Origin: Rhodobacter capsulatus SB 1003
GTDB lineage: Bacteria; Pseudomonadota; Alphaproteobacteria; Rhodobacterales; Rhodobacteraceae
Direction: 5' to 3'
Length of the DNA: 32,000 nt
Assembly: GCF_000021865.1 (NCBI RefSeq)
Contig: NC_014034.1
Span: 1,050,001-1,082,000 of the forward strand
The notes under the pieces were generated by a model. The model was not told the origin of the DNA and did no database searches. It worked only from the letters and a program-made list of their open reading frames with translations. A program made the position numbers and the translations under genes. Position 1 is the stretch's first letter, and the number at the start of each line of letters is the position of its first letter. Of this stretch, positions 1 through 6,364 are shown in pieces.

Positions 1-2
1 CC

Positions 3-500
3 TTCAACTGGGTGGACCGCATGGCCGCCGACCACGCCGCCGCCGCCGACCTCCTCCCCAAACTCGATGCCGCCATCCTCGCCAAAGCGTTCCGTGGCGA
101 ACTCGTCCCACAAGACCCGAGCGACGAACCCGCCAGCGCATTGCTGGAGCGTGTTCAAGTGGAGCGTAATGCCACCTCAAGAAACCCTCGCGGCCGACGA
201 CTAGCCGGAGTCTCCGAGGTCATCGAGATTCAACTGCCGCCAATTCAGATACATGTATCAGTCGGCCCAGTTACAATAATAGAAACCCGCGGGAGGCAGG
301 CGATGACCAAAAGCCGCCAAGATGATGATGTGATGGGCAAACCCTATTTGGCCAGCCTACTGAAGGAGGGGCACAGTGCATCAGCGCAAGATCTGTTCAA
401 GGCCGCTGATCTGCCTGTGGCCGATTTCTACAAGCAACTCGCCTGGGAGATCGCCAACAAGCATATCCGCGATGACGATGAAAAGCTGGAAGCGCTCTGA
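3..500 (+). CDS. hsdS: Type I restriction-modification specificity subunit (HsdS)-like protein, C-terminal part. The 5' end lies outside the window. It carries a ~100-aa C-terminal extension of unknown function.
   Basis: The frame is open from the window edge. LDAAILAKAFRGELVPQDPSDEPASALLERV matches the conserved HsdS helical motif. The ORF then runs on without a stop to TGA 498-500. An in-frame ATG at 303, preceded by GGGAGG (291-296), could also start an independent 65-aa product. Confidence 0.55.
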   Translation, partial: FNWVDRMAADHAAAADLLPKLDAAILAKAFRGELVPQDPSDEPASALLERVQVERNATSRNPRGRRLAGVSEVIEIQLPPIQIHVSVGPVTIIETRGRQAMTKSRQDDDVMGKPYLASLLKEGHSASAQDLFKAADLPVADFYKQLAWEIANKHIRDDDEKLEAL

Positions 501-2152
501 TGCGGATCGATCGGGTATACATTGACGGGTTCCGCAACCTGCAGGACGTCGAAGCGGACTTTGACGAAGGCTGCCTGACAACGGTCATCATCGGCCAAAA
601 CGGCGCGGGCAAGTCGAACCTGATCGAAGCGATCGTCGAGATTTTCCGCCATCTTGATCCGCCCACCAGCAAACACGGCGGCAAGCTGCGCTTCACGTTC
701 GAAATCGACTACATCATCAAGGGCCGCAAAGTGCGTGCGAGCAATCGCGACGGGTCAACCAAGGTGCTGGTTGACGGCGAGCTGATGCCCATGACCCGGT
801 TTCAGGACAGCAAGGCCGACCTCTTCCCCGATCTGATCTTTGGCTACTATTCCGGCACCGGCCGACGCTTGGAAAAGCTCTTCGACGACCATCAGGCCCG
901 GTACTACAACGTCATCAACAAGGACAGACCAGAGGCCGAGTACGCCGCCGCCCGCACCGCCCGACGCTTGTTCTATTGCCGCCCCGTGCACGGCGTGTTC
1001 GCGCTGCTCTGCCATTTCGCGAAACCGAGCGAAAAGCCCGATTCAGCAAACGTCCTCAGCAAACAACTGGGGATAACCGGGTTTCATTCGGCCTTGGCGC
1101 ACTTCAAGGAACCGTCCTGGTTCAACCAGTCAAACTGGAAAAAGGCCCGGGCCTCAGCTTCGCCGGGGCGAGGGCGGCGAAGCTACAGCGATCTAGGCGA
1201 ACAGGCCGAAGATGTATGGGGTGCAAGGGGCCCCGCAGGTGAATGCGCCCGTGCCCTGAAGGACATGGCCTTCCACCCCTTGTCGGTCACCGGGAAGGTC
1301 GTGGACGACTATCGTGACAAGCCAAAGGTCGAAGCGCAGCTTGCCTGCTTCCTCCGCGACAAGGCAGCCCTGCAGAAGTTCGCAGCGAGGTACGAAACAG
1401 ACCAAGACATGTTTGCGGCCCTCGAAGCCGCTGACATTTCAGACCTGTTCCGCGAAATGCTCGTGTGGGTCACTCGCGACGGTAACGACAGCGGCGACGT
1501 CAGTTTCAGCGACCTGTCTGATGGCGAGCGGCAGCTGCTGATGGTGCTTGGCCTGATCCGGGTGTCGCGTGGCAGAGAGGCCCTGTTCCTACTGGACGAG
1601 CCCGATACCCACCTGAATCCTGCATGGCAGCTGACCTACCTTGAGCTGATCAAGGAATGGACCGACGTGGCTGCGGACAAGGATCGGTGTCAGATCATCA
1701 TGACCTCACACAATCCGCTGACCATCGCGTCGCTCACCAGACAAGAGGTGCGCGTGATGCAGCAAAGCGAAGCTGCCCGGCTGGTCGTTTCGGAACCATT
1801 TGCGGACCCACGTGGCATGGGTTTCACCGCCACTCTGACGCAGATATTCGGTCTTTCCACGACCTTGGACTTGGCGACCCAGCAACAGATAGATGATCGG
1901 AACGCCCTTGCCCGCATCGAACAGCGCAGCGAGGAGCAGCAGAAGGAGTTGATCTCCATCAATGAGAAGCTTAATAGGCTGGGCTTCATGAATGAAAGTC
2001 GCGAACCCTTGTACCAAGAGTTCCTGAGCGCTTGGCAAGACGTGCGCTACGCAGATCGACCTCCGTTGTCGCCAGAAGCAATCACGAAACGCCATGAAGC
2101 GATGAAGGATTTGATAAGAAGATTAACGACTAAGGCGGGGCAGGCGCATTGA
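500..2152 (+). CDS. ABC-type AAA ATPase (AAA_15/AAA_21-like); Septu PtuA-like or restriction-system-associated ATPase
   Basis: ATG 500-502 shares one nt with the upstream stop (TGATG). Motifs present: N-terminal MRIDRVYIDGFRNL, Walker A GQNGAGKSN, ABC signature LSDGERQLL, Walker B LFLLDEPDTHLNP and H-loop MTSHNP. The C-terminal ~110 aa is helical. Confidence 0.85.
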   Translation: MRIDRVYIDGFRNLQDVEADFDEGCLTTVIIGQNGAGKSNLIEAIVEIFRHLDPPTSKHGGKLRFTFEIDYIIKGRKVRASNRDGSTKVLVDGELMPMTRFQDSKADLFPDLIFGYYSGTGRRLEKLFDDHQARYYNVINKDRPEAEYAAARTARRLFYCRPVHGVFALLCHFAKPSEKPDSANVLSKQLGITGFHSALAHFKEPSWFNQSNWKKARASASPGRGRRSYSDLGEQAEDVWGARGPAGECARALKDMAFHPLSVTGKVVDDYRDKPKVEAQLACFLRDKAALQKFAARYETDQDMFAALEAADISDLFREMLVWVTRDGNDSGDVSFSDLSDGERQLLMVLGLIRVSRGREALFLLDEPDTHLNPAWQLTYLELIKEWTDVAADKDRCQIIMTSHNPLTIASLTRQEVRVMQQSEAARLVVSEPFADPRGMGFTATLTQIFGLSTTLDLATQQQIDDRNALARIEQRSEEQQKELISINEKLNRLGFMNESREPLYQEFLSAWQDVRYADRPPLSPEAITKRHEAMKDLIRRLTTKAGQAH

Positions 2153-3003
2153 TCTACGTTCGTCGTGATCCCGCTCTCATTCCCGAAAGGGTCCTAAAGG
2201 TTGCTGAGCGTGCTCAGGCGGAACTTGAAGCCTTGCCGCCCGATCAGCGAGTAGCGTTTATCAAGAAGAAGTCTCACGTTTGGACCGGTTTCAAGAAGTA
2301 CTTGTCCAAGATGTCCTATGGGAAGTGTTGGTACTCAGAGAGCTCGGACCCTCAGTCATTCTTTGACGTCGATCACTTTCGGCCCAAAGCCGAAGCTCAG
2401 AGAGGGGACGGTGGTGAGAAAGACGAAGGGTATCCTTGGCTGGCATTCGACTGGGACAACTTCAGGTACTCCGCGGGCCGATCCAATCGCCACAGCACTG
2501 ACGAAGACACAGAGGAAGTAGTAGGTAAAGGGAGCTGGTTCCCACTTTGTCCGGGAAGCCCTTGCGCCACGTGGGACAACCGAGCCTTGGCGGCGGAGAA
2601 ACCGGTCTTGCTCGACCCTACGAACGTAGGTGACATGCGCCTTGTCAAGATTGGTTCATCCGGATCGGTCGAGCCCAGCGGCATCTGCGTCGGCACCAAC
2701 CGTGAACGCGTAGCAAAGTCGGTCAAGTACTATGGGCTTGATTTGCCAGCATTAAAGGAAGCCAGGCTTCAAGTTATGCGCGAGGTTCAAGAGATGTTTG
2801 AAGTCCTAGTGCAAACTGTTGCTGCCGCGAATGAGGTTCCAGCCGCAGCTGATCTGCTACCAGTGCCTAAAGAAGCAGAGTTGATAACGGCAAAGACAAT
2901 GCCGAACAGTCCTTACGCCCTGGCGGCTAGAAGCCGATTGATCGAACTCGGGATGCCTGAATTGATTGCTCGGCCGGAGGACTACCCTGCGCCAGTTATC
3001 TAG
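2149..3003 (+). CDS. HNH-family nuclease-like protein (TIGR02646/PtuB-like), lacking the usual zinc-binding cysteine pairs
   Basis: TTG start 2149-2151 overlaps the ATPase stop TGA 2150-2152. The HNH core is FFDVDHFRPKAEA ... WLAFDWDNFRYSAGRSNR. The positions normally CxxC read KCWYSES and SAGRSNR. GC is visibly lower (under 50% in places). Confidence 0.8.
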   Translation: MIYVRRDPALIPERVLKVAERAQAELEALPPDQRVAFIKKKSHVWTGFKKYLSKMSYGKCWYSESSDPQSFFDVDHFRPKAEAQRGDGGEKDEGYPWLAFDWDNFRYSAGRSNRHSTDEDTEEVVGKGSWFPLCPGSPCATWDNRALAAEKPVLLDPTNVGDMRLVKIGSSGSVEPSGICVGTNRERVAKSVKYYGLDLPALKEARLQVMREVQEMFEVLVQTVAAANEVPAAADLLPVPKEAELITAKTMPNSPYALAARSRLIELGMPELIARPEDYPAPVI

Positions 3004-3188
3004 CGCATGGGCAAGTTGGGGTTTCCGGGTCAACAATAGGTCAACCGGCCAACCTACCTCGTTCACGGTTTGGGCTACGGTCGGGGCCGTCGGTTGCGGT
3101 TGAGAGCGGCAAGGTAATCACGCGAGATCAACGGGTTGGCGCGTAACTGCTTGAAATCTAAGGGTCCGATGTTCTCCTTTTGGTCCGC

Positions 3189-3233
3189 CTCATAACCTGA
3201 AGGCCGCAGGTTCAAATCCTGCCCCCGCAACCA
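3189..3233 (+). pseudogene. 3' half of an initiator tRNA-Met(CAU): anticodon loop through CCA. No matching 5' half is present. Probable att-site remnant.
   Basis: CTCATAACCTGAAGGCCGCAGGTTCAAATCCTGCCCCCGCAACCA closely matches the 3' half of bacterial tRNA-fMet, recalled as ...GGGCUCAUAACCCGAAGGUCG..GGUUCAAAUCC..CCCCCGCAACCA. Upstream there is no CGCGGGG acceptor strand, no D-arm, and the anticodon stem cannot pair. Confidence 0.6.
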
Positions 3234-3263
3234 AAGTCACAAAGCGTTATCAAGAGCTTGCAC

Positions 3264-3288
3264 CCCGCCGACCGGTCGGGCTTTTTGT
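3264..3288 (+). terminator. Weak intrinsic terminator downstream of the tRNA fragment
   Basis: A GC-rich palindrome CCGACCGGTCGG (3268-3279) is followed by CTTTTTGTT. Confidence 0.35.
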
Positions 3289-3360
3289 TGCGCAATCGGG
3301 CGGTGCTACGCCGGTGCTACGGGTAATCCTCCCCTTTTTAGCGGGGCGCATCCGTAGAAT

Positions 3361-3680
3361 TCACGCGGCCATTTTCAGTTTCATGGCGGGTGTGATGCCG
3401 CCGATGCCCATGTTCGGACGGTCGTTGTTGTATGTCCAGAGCCATTGCGTGGCGAAGTCCTGAGCCTCCTCGATGGTTTCGATGATGTATTGGTCGAGCC
3501 ACTCATGCCGGAGTGAGCCATTGAGGCGCCATCGGTTCAAGCCCAAAGGCGAACGCGGTTGTAGCGCTCGATATAGGCGTTCTGCTGCGGCTGACCGGGT
3601 TGGATGTGCTGGATCGTGATGCCCTGTTTCTCTGCCCAGATCAGCAGCTTGCCACTGATGTATTCCGGGCCATAGCATGT
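3361..3680 (-). pseudogene. IS3-family transposase (OrfB, DDE/rve C-terminal part), frameshifted and N-terminally truncated
   Basis: Two overlapping frames together read GPEYISGKLLIWAEKQGITIQHIQPGQPQQNAYIERYNR // LRHEWLDQYIIETIEEAQDFATQWLWTYNNDRPNMGIGGITP. This is the typical end of an IS3-family integrase core. A frame break and stop lie near 3537-3545. Homology stops near 3680, where IS110 DNA begins. Confidence 0.75.
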
Positions 3681-4960
3681 TAGTAATGACGCGCCGTTGA
3701 AGGTTATGGCCGTCTGCGCAGCCTCCAAAATTGCGCGAGCCAGGCGGCCATAACCAGGGCTCAGGTCTCTATGGTGGTTTTGCGAACCACACCACAGAGG
3801 AGACCGGCTATGGCCAAGGTTGAGCATACTTCGGATGCCCGTGTTCTGGTAGGCATCGACATTTCCAAACACCGGCACGAGGTGCTGATTGCCGTCCCGG
3901 GCAAGACGCGGCGCCGCCGGATGACGGTGCTGAACACCGCCGAGGATTATCGCCGTCTGATCGCTGCTTTGCTTGATTATGGCCTACCGGTCACCATCGG
4001 CTTCGAGGCGACGGGCAACTACCACCGGGCGCTGATGTTCGCCCTCGGGGCCGCGGGATTCGATCTGAAGCTCGTCTCTTCCGTCGCTCTCGCCCGCACG
4101 CGAGAAGCGTTGCACAACAGCTGGGACAAGAACGATCCCAAGGATGCGCAGGTCATCCTGCGGATGCTGGAGATCGGGGCAGTTCAAGTCTTTCACGACC
4201 CGCTGGTCGTCGGCACTTGCGACATCCAGGAACTGTCAAAGACCTACGAGATGGTCGCGCGGTCGAAGACAGAACTGTGGCATCGTATCCTGACCCATTA
4301 CCTGCCCCTGTATTTTCCCGAGGCGGACCGGTTCCATCGCAGTTCTCGTGGAGACTGGTTCTTGGCGTTACTTGAGGCCTTTCCATCTCCTTACATGATC
4401 ACCGCCATGGACAAGGACGCCTTCATAGAGGCTGCCTGGCCGGTGATTGGTCGCCGCGTCGCCAAGGCGGCGCTATTGGCGGATATCTACGAGACATCAA
4501 AGACTTCCGTGGGTTTGCCCGTCGCGCCAGACTCCGATGCAATCCGGATGTTCCGTCTCGTTTTGGCGCAGGGACGCAGCCTTGTTCAGCAGCGCAACGC
4601 CATTGAGGACCGTGCGACAGAGCTGCTGGCCGACCATCCAGATTATCAACTGCTGCGCACGATACCCGGGATCGGGCCTGTCAATGCGCTGGCCGTTCTG
4701 GCCGAAGCCGGTGATCTGCGCCGCTTTCGCCATCACCGCCAGTTTCTGAAGTTCTGCGGCATGGACCTGGCGACGGTGCAATCCGGTGTGTTCCGCGGAC
4801 GAAGCAAGATCTCGAAGTATGGCAACGCCCGCCTGCGTCGCACACTCTGGCTGGCCAGTCAGGCCGCCGTGCTAAAGCCCGCCAACAGCTTCCGCGACAA
4901 GTTCGAGCGATACATCGCGCAGGACCGGCACAACCCGGATCTTCGGCGCAAGGCCTATAC
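3681..4960 (+). mobile_element. IS110-family insertion sequence, inserted into the IS3 remnant. Its right end is apparently truncated. Boundaries are approximate.
   Basis: It contains a structured ~125-nt left non-coding end and a DEDD-type transposase gene. The transposase homology breaks after ...RRKAYT at about 4960. Confidence 0.55.
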
Positions 4961-4994
4961 TGTAGCGCGCGATCAGCTTCCGGACGGACGTTGA
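3810..4994 (+). CDS. IS110-family (DEDD) transposase. The last ~11 codons are probably read from foreign (prophage-end) DNA.
   Basis: GAGGAG lies 8 nt upstream of ATG 3810. The N-terminus reads VLVGIDISKHRHEV...GFEATGNYHRAL...NDPKDAQVI (DEDD_Tnp_IS110). The C-terminal part reads LLRTIPGIGPVNALAVLAEAGDLRRFRHHRQFLKFCGMDLATVQSG...ISKYGNARLRRTLW (Transposase_20). Confidence 0.85.
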   Translation: MAKVEHTSDARVLVGIDISKHRHEVLIAVPGKTRRRRMTVLNTAEDYRRLIAALLDYGLPVTIGFEATGNYHRALMFALGAAGFDLKLVSSVALARTREALHNSWDKNDPKDAQVILRMLEIGAVQVFHDPLVVGTCDIQELSKTYEMVARSKTELWHRILTHYLPLYFPEADRFHRSSRGDWFLALLEAFPSPYMITAMDKDAFIEAAWPVIGRRVAKAALLADIYETSKTSVGLPVAPDSDAIRMFRLVLAQGRSLVQQRNAIEDRATELLADHPDYQLLRTIPGIGPVNALAVLAEAGDLRRFRHHRQFLKFCGMDLATVQSGVFRGRSKISKYGNARLRRTLWLASQAAVLKPANSFRDKFERYIAQDRHNPDLRRKAYTVARDQLPDGR

Positions 4995-5014
4995 ACAGCT
5001 TTCGGACGAAAATT
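4971..5014 (+). repeat. Two tandem 22-bp imperfect direct repeats; candidate Mu-type transposase end-binding sites
   Basis: GATCAGCTTCCGGACGGACGTT (4971-4992) and GAACAGCTTTCGGACGAAAATT (4993-5014) are identical at 17 of 22 positions. They lie 10 bp inside a TG dinucleotide at 4961, at the tail-fibre end of the prophage. Confidence 0.4.
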
Positions 5015-5081
5015 TTTACCTGACCGCAAATCCTGACGCGCTCCGACTGCCTCTGCCTTGGCAACGCCCCGGTCGATCCGG

Positions 5082-6062
5082 TCAGAGCGCCCCGGCCGGA
5101 TAAAGGCTGAGCAGGTAGAGGCTTCCGGCGCCGATCGTCAGCGCCCCGCCCGGATGCGCGACCCCTTTGGTGACGGTCGTTCCCGCGGCATCGACCCGGC
5201 GGAGATCATAGCTTCCCGCCGCCACCGCCACGCTGGCCAGATCCGCCGCCCGGGTCACCGCCGCGGCCTCGGTCGGAATGACCGAACTGACGGCGGCGCC
5301 GGTCTCCAGCTGCGCCCCCCACAGGTAAAGCCCAGAGGCCCCATCCCCCAGATAAGAGGTCGCGCCATTCGCGCTGACGACGCTCGGATAGACGTTGAAA
5401 TTGCCGCTCGCCGCCGCCTGCGTCTGCGTCACGCTGCAGCGATACCAGCCATTCCCCGCCGCCACGATCTGCGCCACATGCCCCGCATAGCCCTGCGACA
5501 CCACCCCGAGCGTCCCCGTCTGCAGGTCGAAATAGCTGGTGCGGAAAGCATTCGCGCTGTCGGCGGTCACCAGGGCAAACCACCGACGCTCGGCCGCCTT
5601 GACGAAGATAGAGGCGGTCACGGAGGTCCCCGCCGCGATCTGCGTGCCGGTGCGGGCCACGAAATGGCTATTGTTGCTGGTATCTTCGACAAGCTTGTCG
5701 GCCGTCATGGTGCCATCCGGGGCCAGCGCGGCATTTGCCAGCACGCTGGCCCGGGTTTTCCCCCAGGACGCGGCCTCGAACTGCGCGCTGTTGGGCAGCA
5801 GGTTGGTCGCGGATGCCTCAAGCAGAAGCGCCCGCTTACCGGTGCTGTAATCATAGCGGGGCTGATCGGCGGGGGCAGACCTGATCAGCCCGTCGGCACC
5901 CACATAGGTCGCCGGGCTGGCCCGCGTCAGGGCCCAAGGCGACCCGAGGGCGAGACCCGCCACAAAATCATGCAGCAGCACGGGCATGACCCCGCCTACG
6001 GCATAGCCTGCAAGCGGTGCCACGCCGCCGCCGCCCATCCCGCACCCCGGAAGCCCCGTCAT
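5082..6062 (-). CDS. Spike/fibre protein, RcGTA GhsB (rcc01080)-like head-spike fibre or tail fibre
   Basis: ATG 6062-6060 shares one nt with the stop of the upstream gene (TGATG). A Gly-rich N-terminus is followed by a beta-rich S/T/A/G domain ending ...GLYLWGAQLETG...IPTEAAAVTRAADL. It is paired with a GhsA-like gene. Confidence 0.6.
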   Translation of the reverse strand: MTGLPGCGMGGGGVAPLAGYAVGGVMPVLLHDFVAGLALGSPWALTRASPATYVGADGLIRSAPADQPRYDYSTGKRALLLEASATNLLPNSAQFEAASWGKTRASVLANAALAPDGTMTADKLVEDTSNNSHFVARTGTQIAAGTSVTASIFVKAAERRWFALVTADSANAFRTSYFDLQTGTLGVVSQGYAGHVAQIVAAGNGWYRCSVTQTQAAASGNFNVYPSVVSANGATSYLGDGASGLYLWGAQLETGAAVSSVIPTEAAAVTRAADLASVAVAAGSYDLRRVDAAGTTVTKGVAHPGGALTIGAGSLYLLSLYPAGAL

Positions 6063-6328
6063 CAGACCCACCCCGTCATCCCCTCGGCCGTGGTGCCGGT
6101 CGCCCAGATGCGGCTGGCCCAGATCGGGTGTTGCCCGACCGGCAGATAGCCGGTGGTGCAAACGGCGCCGCCGCGCGCGGCGGAATATTTGACGACGCCG
6201 CCCCGCTCGCCGATCGTCACCGCGCGCACGGGCGCGGGCAGGTCCGCCGCATCATTGGGGGTGACCGCAAACGAGGACAGGGCCGGGCCGGTCAGATCGA
6301 TACTTTCCCCCTTGAAATAATCATTCAT
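6062..6328 (-). CDS. Spike base protein, RcGTA GhsA (rcc01079) family
   Basis: The 88-aa product contains FAVTPNDAADLPAPVRAVTIG and a C-terminal ATGTTAEGMTGWV. I recognise this pattern from the Rcc01079 spike-base family. GAGGAGAG RBS lies upstream. Confidence 0.6.
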   Translation of the reverse strand: MNDYFKGESIDLTGPALSSFAVTPNDAADLPAPVRAVTIGERGGVVKYSAARGGAVCTTGYLPVGQHPIWASRIWATGTTAEGMTGWV

Positions 6329-6364
6329 CCAGATCTCTCCTCAATTCCAGATCTCTCCTCAATT
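6329..6364. repeat. Perfect 18-bp tandem duplication of an intercistronic junction (stop plus RBS)
   Basis: CCAGATCTCTCCTCAATT occurs at 6329-6346 and again at 6347-6364. On the minus strand this reads AATTGAGGAGAGATCTGG twice. Confidence 0.95.

Noticed and set aside
381-696. Three short minus-strand ORFs overlapping the HsdS-tail / ATPase junction
   Set aside because: They are antisense to two motif-bearing, translationally coupled plus-strand genes. They have no RBS and no motifs.
3094-3233. Possible complete tRNA, tRNA-Sec or (two-piece) tmRNA ending at CCA 3231-3233, including an 8-bp pairing GGTTGCGG (3094-3101) with CCGCAACC (3225-3232)
   Set aside because: No 5' acceptor strand (CGCGGGG) or D-arm lies at tRNA distance. 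The acceptor lacks the G3:U70 pair expected for tmRNA. The span is too long for a tRNA and too short for a tmRNA. A tRNA-fMet 3'-half remnant is the best explanation.
3301-3321. Decamer CGGTGCTACG repeated with an 11-nt period, just outside the IS3 remnant
   Set aside because: It is too short to interpret. It could be IS-end or target debris. Only noted here.
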